Below are positions 24,996-32,000 of a DNA stretch of 32,000 nucleotides, piece by piece. The DNA comes from Opitutia bacterium. Lineage in GTDB: Bacteria; Verrucomicrobiota; Verrucomicrobiia; Opitutales; Coraliomargaritaceae. Position 1 is the stretch's first letter, and each line of letters begins with the position of its first letter. The stretch covers positions 332 through 32,331 of the forward strand of contig JBELLU010000015.1 in the NCBI GenBank assembly GCA_042096455.1, in the 5' to 3' direction. The notes under the pieces were generated by a model. The model had not been told where the DNA came from, ran no database searches, and saw only the letters and a list, made by a program, of their open reading frames with translations. Both the position numbers and the translations under genes were made by a program.

Positions 24996-25892
24996 TCAGG
25001 GGTTTCCTTCGCGGACAATCGGCACTTCAGGCGTTTCCTCAAACAAGGCGTTCGTGTCGATATTTTGCTCCGTCGCGGGTTCAATGACCGGTTGACTTGG
25101 CACTTCCTTCAACTCCACGACCGGTTCAACCGGTGCCGGAGCAGGCGGTGCCACGGGTGCTTGCACGGGTGCCGGAACCGGATCCGCGGGTGCAATTGCC
25201 GGAGCAACAGTTTGCGGGGCAGCGGTCTCACTGACCGGAATGAGCAGTTGTTCGCCAACACGAATCAGATCGGATGTTTTGTTATTCGCCGCCTTGATGG
25301 CGTTGACGCTGGTGTCAAAGCGCTGCGCGATTCGGCTGAGGCTGTCACCTGCCACAACCTCGTAGCTGGTGGTTTCAGCATTGTATCCGCTGGGCTGATA
25401 TACATCTGCGGTGACGGTTTTCACTTTGGCAACGGTGCTCTGAACCGGAATGCGAAGTTCACGGCCAACCGACAAAATATCATTTTCGCCCATGCCATTG
25501 GCATTCAGCAGGTCGCGGAGGCTCAGTTGGAATTTTTTCGCAATCGCCCACAAGCTATCACCTGCCTGCACGGTATAGGTATCAAAAGCGTCACCGGTAA
25601 CGACAACTGCCGGCTGCGGGTCGGCGTCCATATACACCTCGGTGGGTCGTTGGGGTTCGGCGCGCAGGCTGTCGTCAAAGGGTGTTGCATTGAAGGCGGG
25701 GTCGATGCCGAAGTTTTCGCCGTTCTCGGGAATGACCTCACCGAGGCTCTGGGCCTTGTTCAAACCGGACACACCCCCTTGTTCGTAGCGGGTGGGCGGT
25801 TGCGTTGAGCTACATCCCGGCTGGACAATCAGGATAGCGATGAGGCCCAAGTGCAGGCCGAGGACAACTCCGAATAGTTTAGATAATTTCAT
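24996..25892 (-). CDS. secreted or membrane-anchored protein with two LysM peptidoglycan-binding domains and a Pro/Ala-rich tail
   Basis: 298 aa. Hydrophobic N-terminus MKLSKLFGVVLGLHLGLIAILIVQPGC (Cys27, lipobox-like but not canonical). LysM1 is YTVQAGDSLWAIAKKFQLSLRDLLNANG...LRIPV and LysM2 is YEVVAGDSLSRIAQRFDTSVNAIKAANN...LLIPV. The tail is PAPVQAPVAPPAPAPVEPV. No catalytic domain recognised. Confidence 0.8.
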   Translation of the reverse strand: MKLSKLFGVVLGLHLGLIAILIVQPGCSSTQPPTRYEQGGVSGLNKAQSLGEVIPENGENFGIDPAFNATPFDDSLRAEPQRPTEVYMDADPQPAVVVTGDAFDTYTVQAGDSLWAIAKKFQLSLRDLLNANGMGENDILSVGRELRIPVQSTVAKVKTVTADVYQPSGYNAETTSYEVVAGDSLSRIAQRFDTSVNAIKAANNKTSDLIRVGEQLLIPVSETAAPQTVAPAIAPADPVPAPVQAPVAPPAPAPVEPVVELKEVPSQPVIEPATEQNIDTNALFEETPEVPIVREGNP

Positions 25893-25947
25893 AATAAATA
25901 GCGTAACTTTTGCGTTAATGACTTCATTATTCCAGTGGCAGGCGCGC

Positions 25948-27192
25948 CTACAAACTTAAAACAACCGAATTAAAGTATTTTCCGCGCTCCGTATACGAGG
26001 CAAAAGCATCGAAGCTGGCAAAGCCCGGACTGAAAAGTAAATGGGCGGGTGCCTCTTCCTGAGCAAGGTGCGCGCCCTCGCGAACGGCATCCTCGCAATC
26101 GGTGGCGTGGTAAACAGAAATCCCCGAATCCTCCAAGGCGTCGCAAAGTGACGGCGAGCATTCACCATAAACACAGGTGTGGGTGACGCGATCCATCAAA
26201 CGTTCCACCAGCCTGTCGAGGTCTTCGCCCTTGGCGCGGCCTCCCCCAACCCAAATCACCGCGCCTTCCGGCATGGCGTCCAGCGCCGCGCCCACCGCGT
26301 GAAAATTGGTAGCCTTGGAGTCATTCCAGAAGGTCACGCCCTCAAGGGTTGCAACGATTTGAAGCCGATGGGCGGGCACTTTAAATTCCGCCGCGGCACG
26401 GCGCAGCGCCGCAGCATCCGCATCCAGTGCTTCCCACAAAGCCTGTGCAAGCGCGAGATTTGCCTTTTGGGGCGAGCACAAAAAAGCGGAGTCGTCCGGC
26501 AAACCCGCAGAATCCATCGCTTCAGCATCGCTCATTTTTCCTTCTGCCCTGAGTCCAAATGATTCAATGTCTGCGCCCAGTTCCGCCCCGTAAACAAAGG
26601 GAGCCCCCGGTTTTAGTCGCGTCGTGAGGCTCCACTTCGCCATGAAATACTCCTTGAGATTTCCGTAGCGATCGAGGTGGTCGGGCGCAAAATTGGTCCA
26701 GGCCAGCGCGTCCAGTTGAAGCCCCTCGCTCAACTCCGCCTGAAAGGAACTGAGTTCACAAACCGCGACCGCCTCGGGGGTGTTAGCCGGAGTAGCGGCG
26801 ATTGAGGCGAGCGGCGTGCCGATATTCCCGCAGGCCACCGCCTCCACCCCGCTTGCGCACAGGGCCGCAGTCAACAACTGCGTGAGCGAGGTCTTGCCGT
26901 TCGTTCCGGTCACTCCGTAAATTTTTCCACGCCAGCGCTCGGCGGCATAGCCAATCTCTCCCTGACAGGGCTTGCCGCTGGCAAGGGCGCTTTGACGCCA
27001 GGGATGGTTCGCCGCCAAACCGGGACTGATGACAATGCGGTCGACTTCCGCAAGATCCGCCCCGGTCAAATCGGTGTGATCCGCCGCAGCATTTTCATCA
27101 AAGGCAAGCACCGCATCACCCCGGGCTTGAGCCAAATCCGCGACCGCCTGCCCGCTTACGCCCATCCCGAGTATTGCAATGCGTTCCCCCAT
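25948..27192 (-). CDS. murD: UDP-N-acetylmuramoylalanine--D-glutamate ligase MurD
   Basis: 414 aa. Blocks IAILGMGVSGQAVA and IYGVTGTNGKTSLTQLL, with Mur ligase middle and C-terminal domains. Starts 1 nt after the mraY stop. Confidence 0.9.
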   Translation of the reverse strand: MGERIAILGMGVSGQAVADLAQARGDAVLAFDENAAADHTDLTGADLAEVDRIVISPGLAANHPWRQSALASGKPCQGEIGYAAERWRGKIYGVTGTNGKTSLTQLLTAALCASGVEAVACGNIGTPLASIAATPANTPEAVAVCELSSFQAELSEGLQLDALAWTNFAPDHLDRYGNLKEYFMAKWSLTTRLKPGAPFVYGAELGADIESFGLRAEGKMSDAEAMDSAGLPDDSAFLCSPQKANLALAQALWEALDADAAALRRAAAEFKVPAHRLQIVATLEGVTFWNDSKATNFHAVGAALDAMPEGAVIWVGGGRAKGEDLDRLVERLMDRVTHTCVYGECSPSLCDALEDSGISVYHATDCEDAVREGAHLAQEEAPAHLLFSPGFASFDAFASYTERGKYFNSVVLSL

Positions 27193-27193
27193 C

Positions 27194-28294
27194 TTAGCGC
27201 AGTTTCAAGGTTGCGAGGCCCACCATCGCAAAAATCAATGAGAGGATCCAGAAACGGATCACGACCTTGTTCTCATGCCAACCCGCCAATTCAAAATGGT
27301 GATGGATCGGTGACATTTTAAAAATACGTTTCCCGCGCAGTTTGAATGAGCCTACCTGCAGAATGACGGACAAGGCCTCGCAGACAAATATACCGCCCAC
27401 AATCACGAGGGTTAAGGGTTGGTGCACCATGAAGGCGATCATGCCAATGAGACCCCCGAGCGCGAGTGATCCGGTATCGCCCATGAAGACTTCCGCCGGA
27501 TGGGAATTATACCAAAGAAAAGTGAGGCTCGCGCCCAAAAGCGCGGCACAGAGCACCGTCAGTTCACCCGCCCCCGGCACGAAACTGATAAAGAGGTAGT
27601 CCGCCATGATGGCATTGCCCGCCGCATACGCCATTATGGCATAGGCAAGGGCCGCCGTGACGGTGCACCCGATCGCGAGTCCATCGACCCCATCGGTGAG
27701 ATTAATGGCATTACTCGAACCCGCCAAAATGAGAAAGAGGAAGGGCAAGAGGAAGAGGAGCGGCATCTGTTCCACCAGAATCGACTTGTGGAAGGGCACC
27801 CACAGTTCGCGCATTTTATCCGCCGACTCGGGAAAACTGAGCAAGAGGAGCAATGCGAGCACCGTGAGGACGGCCTGCCCAACGAGTTTCCAGCGACCGG
27901 GCAAGCCGCGGCTCGTGCGTTGGGTAACCTTAAGGTAGTCGTCGATAAAACCCAGAACCGTGAGCCCGCCGTAAACCAGCAACGCGGTAATGACATAAAC
28001 ATTGGGACGCGCCCAGAGCAGCGCACTGACAATAACCGAGACTGCAATCATCAATCCCCCCATCGTAGGGGTTTCCGCTTTATTGGCATGCAATCCCGCG
28101 AGGTCGCCGACTTCCGTTTCGGTACGCATCGACTGCCGGGCACGCAAGAGGCGCAGGCGCGCGATGAGCCAGGGCCCCAAGATAAAACCGATTCCCATCG
28201 CAGTCATCCCCGCCATCGCTGAGCGCAAAGTCAGGTAGCGAAAAAGACGGAGAGGTCCAAAGTAGGATTCAAAATCGGCGAGGTAGCTTAGCAT
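27194..28294 (-). CDS. mraY: phospho-N-acetylmuramoyl-pentapeptide transferase MraY
   Basis: 366-aa polytopic membrane protein with blocks NAINLTDGVDGLAIG, FMGDTGSLALGG and SPIHHHFEL. Confidence 0.95.
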   Translation of the reverse strand: MLSYLADFESYFGPLRLFRYLTLRSAMAGMTAMGIGFILGPWLIARLRLLRARQSMRTETEVGDLAGLHANKAETPTMGGLMIAVSVIVSALLWARPNVYVITALLVYGGLTVLGFIDDYLKVTQRTSRGLPGRWKLVGQAVLTVLALLLLLSFPESADKMRELWVPFHKSILVEQMPLLFLLPFLFLILAGSSNAINLTDGVDGLAIGCTVTAALAYAIMAYAAGNAIMADYLFISFVPGAGELTVLCAALLGASLTFLWYNSHPAEVFMGDTGSLALGGLIGMIAFMVHQPLTLVIVGGIFVCEALSVILQVGSFKLRGKRIFKMSPIHHHFELAGWHENKVVIRFWILSLIFAMVGLATLKLR

Positions 28295-28301
28295 GATAGG
28301 A

Positions 28302-29666
28302 TTATTCGGAATTCAAATTGAGCGATTCGGGCAGGAGCGTTTCCAGTTTATAGCAACGACTCCCCTTTAGAAAAACCGCTCCTTTAAAAGCAGCAATGCC
28401 GGATTTTATGGCATCGACCGAAGCGGCGGTGACCACCTGCTCCGGGAGTAGGCCTGCGGCATCGGCTCCGGCGGCGTAGGCTGCGGTCAGGTGCGGCGGT
28501 CCCACGAGCCAAAGGGTGTCCTTGGGCCGCAAACGCAGAGAGCGCCCGAGTTCCTCGTGCAAGGCGACTTCCGCGGTGCCGAGTTCCTGCATCGCACCCA
28601 AAACATAAGCGCGTCCTGCCTCGACCGGAACAGTCGCCTCAAAAGCCCGCATCGCATCCAGCATCGAAGCGGGGTTGGCGTTATAACAATCCACGTAGAA
28701 AGATTGATCGCCGCTTTCAAGGTATTGTCCGCGTCGCGGGTCGGGTTGCCAGGTCGCGAGGGAATCGGTGCCGGCGACGAGATCCGCCTCCAGAAGTTGC
28801 GCCGCCACGAGCGCGAGGGCGGCGTTGGAACACATACCGGCACTGGCACAGGGAAAGGGGTATTCCTTTTCCAACAACTCAATACCCTGCCCGGTGCGAC
28901 GATAGCGCACGAGCTGCGCCGGCGCGGGATCGGGTGCCGCCGCCTCGCTTTCAAGCACCAGACAGGTCCGCGCCGCGAGGGCCTTGAATTCCGGAAAGGC
29001 ATAGACCGACTCCGGCACGACGAGACGCGCGTCCGACCGCGCGTGCGCCATCAGCAGGGCTTTTTCGCGGGCGACGCCCTCAATGGTTCCCAGGCCTTCC
29101 AGATGGGCGGGACCGATATGGGTTACAATTGCGAGGTCGGGTTGGATCATCGCAGAGAGCGCCTTCATTTCTCCAGGCTCACTGATACCCGCTTCAATCA
29201 CCGCGAAATTCTGTTGCTCGGAGTCCAAGCCAAACAGGGTCATCGGGACACCGATGCGATTATTCCAGTTGCCGGGAGTCGCATGGCAACGGAACGCGCC
29301 CAACAAGCGTTGCAGGATGCTCTTGGTGGAGGTCTTGCCGCAGCTTCCGGTTATACCGATCACGGGCTTGCGGAAACGCTCGCGTTGCGCCTGGGCAATA
29401 TCGGCGAGCGCCTTCATGCAATCCGCGACCACGAGTTGCGGCAAAGGCGATTTGCAGGCTTGCTCAACAATCGCGCAGGATGCCCCTCCATCTGAGGCGG
29501 CGTCCAGAAAATCATGCCCGTTGCGCTTGCCATGCATGAGGGCGATGAAGCCCGCGCCGGGTTGCATCAATCGGGTATCAAAATGTAAACCCTCAATCGA
29601 AGCTGGGGGTGGAGCACTCCATTGCCCCCCCGTCCAACGCGCCAATTCTGCAGGATCAAAAACCAT
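28302..29666 (-). CDS. murF: UDP-N-acetylmuramoyl-tripeptide--D-alanyl-D-alanine ligase MurF
   Basis: VIGITGSCGKTSTKSIL and Mur ligase domains. ATG at 29666 (MVFDPAELARW...) overlaps the murE TGA by 1 nt (TGATG). The track's start at 29702 is a TTG inside murE. Confidence 0.9.
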   Translation of the reverse strand: MVFDPAELARWTGGQWSAPPPASIEGLHFDTRLMQPGAGFIALMHGKRNGHDFLDAASDGGASCAIVEQACKSPLPQLVVADCMKALADIAQAQRERFRKPVIGITGSCGKTSTKSILQRLLGAFRCHATPGNWNNRIGVPMTLFGLDSEQQNFAVIEAGISEPGEMKALSAMIQPDLAIVTHIGPAHLEGLGTIEGVAREKALLMAHARSDARLVVPESVYAFPEFKALAARTCLVLESEAAAPDPAPAQLVRYRRTGQGIELLEKEYPFPCASAGMCSNAALALVAAQLLEADLVAGTDSLATWQPDPRRGQYLESGDQSFYVDCYNANPASMLDAMRAFEATVPVEAGRAYVLGAMQELGTAEVALHEELGRSLRLRPKDTLWLVGPPHLTAAYAAGADAAGLLPEQVVTAASVDAIKSGIAAFKGAVFLKGSRCYKLETLLPESLNLNSE

Positions 29667-31195
29667 CACTTGCCCGTGGCGTCCTTTGCTTTGAGGTCCC
29701 AAAGTTCACGAATGACCTGACGATCATCAAAGGGAATAACGGAGCCATCAAATTCCTGATAGCTTTCATGACCCTTCCCCGCCACCAGAACACAATCCCC
29801 GGCTTCCGCAAGATCCAGCGCGGTGGAAATCGCCCGCTTCCGGTCGGGAATAAATTGGACGCGCTCGGCGTCTGTCGCCCCGAGGGCAGTCCGTATATCG
29901 TCAAATATCTGCTCCTGCGACTCGGTGCGGGGATTGTCGGACGTCACTACAATCCGATCGGCTCCCTTGATCGCCGCTTCCATCATGGGTGCACGCTTGC
30001 TGCGGTCGCGATCCCCGCCACAGCCAAATACCAAAATCGATTTACCGGGCGTCAGTTCGCGGACCATTTCGCAGGCATGTTGCAGGGCATCATCGGTGTG
30101 CGCGTAGTCCACCAAAACCGTAAAGTCCTGCCCGCAAACAACCCGCTCCATCCGTCCGGGCACCGCCGGAAAGTCAACCAGCCGCCCGAGCATCCACTCC
30201 ATTTCAAATCCGCGCACCTGCCCGATTGCCAGCGCTGCGAGGAGGTTGCTCACATTATAACGTCCCAAGAGGGGCGAGATGACTTTTGTCCGCCCCCCGT
30301 GCCAAACCAAATCAAATTCGGTGCGGTCGGGGTAGAGCTTCAATGTCTCGGCGGTGAGGTCTGCAGCCGTCCCGATTGCGAAGGTGGCACACCTAATCGC
30401 CGGGTCGAGCGATGCCGCCAAACGTTGACCGTAGGGACAATCGAGGTTGATGACCGCGGCTTGCGGCAAGCCTCCGTTCCCACCGTTAAACAGGAGTTGT
30501 TTGGATGCAAAGTAGGCCTCCATGTTATGGTGATAGTCGATATGATCATGGGTCAGGTTCAAAAAGACGGCGACCTGAACCGACATACCATAAACCCGTT
30601 TTTGCTCCAGACCATGCGAACTCACTTCCATCGCAACCTCCGTGCATCCCGCTTTGCGAATTTGATCCAGCAAAGCGAAGGTGTCCACCGATTCGGGGGT
30701 TGTCTTGAAAGAGGGCAAAGTGCGGTTGCCCAGATCGTAACGAACCGTACCCAACATCCCCACCTTGCTATTTCCACCCATCAAATGCTGTAGGAGCATC
30801 GCAACGGTGGTTTTTCCGTTGGTGCCGGTGATGCCGGTGATGTTCAAATCCGCATCAGGGGCGTCGTAAAACCGGCGCGCTGTAAAGGCGAGGGCCTTGC
30901 GTGTATCGGAAACACGGATACAGGCAACAGGGAGATGACCTCCCAGATCCTTTTCGGAAACGATTGCAACGGCCCCGCGATCCACCGCTTCCTCGATGAA
31001 ATAATTACCATCGGTGCGCAATCCGCCGATCGCGAAAAAGAGGGCGCCCGGGACGACCCGACGGCTGTCGGTAATGAGACAGGTAATTTCCGGCTCCGCC
31101 TTGCCCTTGGGCAGTTTGGCATCCATGCACTCGACGAGTTCACGCAGGCTGTGACCCTTGGCGACACGCGAGCGCTCCATCCTGAGCGCGGGCAT
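29666..31195 (-). CDS. murE: UDP-N-acetylmuramoyl-L-alanyl-D-glutamate--2,6-diaminopimelate ligase MurE
   Basis: Blocks ITDSRRVVPGALFFAIGG, ITGITGTNGKTTVA and VTSDNPRTE. Start uncertain: ATG 31195 (509 aa) or 31180. The track's 31351 start would overlap ftsI (stop at 31242) by 110 nt. Confidence 0.85.
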   Translation of the reverse strand: MPALRMERSRVAKGHSLRELVECMDAKLPKGKAEPEITCLITDSRRVVPGALFFAIGGLRTDGNYFIEEAVDRGAVAIVSEKDLGGHLPVACIRVSDTRKALAFTARRFYDAPDADLNITGITGTNGKTTVAMLLQHLMGGNSKVGMLGTVRYDLGNRTLPSFKTTPESVDTFALLDQIRKAGCTEVAMEVSSHGLEQKRVYGMSVQVAVFLNLTHDHIDYHHNMEAYFASKQLLFNGGNGGLPQAAVINLDCPYGQRLAASLDPAIRCATFAIGTAADLTAETLKLYPDRTEFDLVWHGGRTKVISPLLGRYNVSNLLAALAIGQVRGFEMEWMLGRLVDFPAVPGRMERVVCGQDFTVLVDYAHTDDALQHACEMVRELTPGKSILVFGCGGDRDRSKRAPMMEAAIKGADRIVVTSDNPRTESQEQIFDDIRTALGATDAERVQFIPDRKRAISTALDLAEAGDCVLVAGKGHESYQEFDGSVIPFDDRQVIRELWDLKAKDATGK

Positions 31196-31241
31196 GTTGC
31201 GGCGCAGGTTCGCCTTCGCGAAGGGTTGATTCAACAAAAGA

Positions 31242-32000
31242 CTAATTTGAAATTCGGCGATTTCCATCCGGCAATAAAGGCTTGAGAGCGAGGGGAGCGG
31301 AGGCCTGGCGATCGGGACGAATTCCCAGATAGGCAATACAGGCCTGAGCAATGTTTTTAAAGGCGGGGCCGCAAATCTTACCGCCCGAGGCTTTGGAAAC
31401 CTTGGGGTGATCGACCACTACGGTAATGACGAGTTGCGGGTTCTTGGCAGGCAGGAAGCCGCTGAAAGAAGTGACCTGCTTCGTGCGTGAATAACGACCG
31501 TTCTCAATTTTCTGAGTGGTTCCGGTCTTGCCTGCGGCGGTGTAGGCGTCGAGGCGAACGGTGCGCCGGGCAGTGCCCACCTCCACGACATCCGCCAGCA
31601 TTTCCGCCACCAGTTCAGCGGTCTCGGTAGAAACGACCCGGCGTTTTGCGCGGGGACGAAACTGCACCACCGATTCACCGGAAGCATCGTAAATCCGACG
31701 CGCCACCATGGGCTCCATTAATATTCCGCGATTCGCAAAGACCGACATGGCGCTATGCACCTGCATCGGAGTGGCGCTGACGGCATGGCCCATCGGCATC
31801 CGGGTGATGGTGAGGCCATCCCAATTGCGCACCGGGTGCAAGGTGCCACTGCCCTCCCCCACGAGGTCACAGCCGGTGAGTTCACCATAACCAAAGGCGG
31901 CGGCGTAATCATAAAGTAATTGCTCCCCGAGCAGCATACCCACTTGTGCCGAACCTCGGTTGCTCGACTTCACGAGGACCTCGTTCAATTGCAGGCTGTC
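31242..32000 (-). CDS. ftsI: penicillin-binding protein 3 / FtsI transpeptidase, C-terminal part (continues beyond the window)
   Basis: The frame is open to base 32000 (DSLQLNEVLVKSSNRG...). It contains the SxN (SSN) and KTGT (AGKTGTTQK) penicilloyl-serine transferase motifs. TAG at 31242-31244. Lies upstream of murE as in canonical dcw clusters. Confidence 0.85.
   Translation of the reverse strand, partial: DSLQLNEVLVKSSNRGSAQVGMLLGEQLLYDYAAAFGYGELTGCDLVGEGSGTLHPVRNWDGLTITRMPMGHAVSATPMQVHSAMSVFANRGILMEPMVARRIYDASGESVVQFRPRAKRRVVSTETAELVAEMLADVVEVGTARRTVRLDAYTAAGKTGTTQKIENGRYSRTKQVTSFSGFLPAKNPQLVITVVVDHPKVSKASGGKICGPAFKNIAQACIAYLGIRPDRQASAPLALKPLLPDGNRRISN

Overview
This is a 32-kb segment of a high-GC bacterial chromosome (hand count 36/60 G+C in line 1801-1860). 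The gene content (canonical dcw cluster with a MurC-MurB fusion, a divergent FtsZ, a Na+-pumping methylmalonyl-CoA decarboxylase) suggests a Verrucomicrobiota/PVC-like organism, but that is inference only. There are five blocks. (1) 1-~1750 is an AT-rich islet (21/60 G+C in lines 1-60 and 1441-1500). It carries the 3' end of an unrecognisable ORF and a KAP-family P-loop NTPase with no visible transmembrane insert, and the window cuts it on the left. (2) 1762-13430 is an 11-gene succinate-to-propionate (methylmalonyl-CoA) supercluster in two divergent operons. The minus operon is epimerase-mmdA-mmdD-mmdC-mmdB-scpC-meaB and the plus operon is mutA-mutB-PduO-type adenosyltransferase. (3) 13538-15394 holds class II fructose-bisphosphate aldolase and a convergent SCO1/SenC-family protein. 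(4) 15395-15997 is an unusually long (~600 bp) non-coding gap, visibly more AT-rich than the flanking genes and packed with hairpins and repeats. (5) 15998-32000 is a tightly packed dcw cluster, all on the minus strand: ftsI(partial)-murE-murF-mraY-murD-LysM protein-ftsW-murG-murC/murB fusion-ddl-ftsQ-ftsA-ftsZ. The long ORFs antisense to these genes are treated as GC-driven shadow ORFs. The best candidates for something new are the KAP islet (possible phage-exclusion module) and the repeat- and hairpin-rich region downstream of ftsZ. Neither can be given a function from sequence alone.
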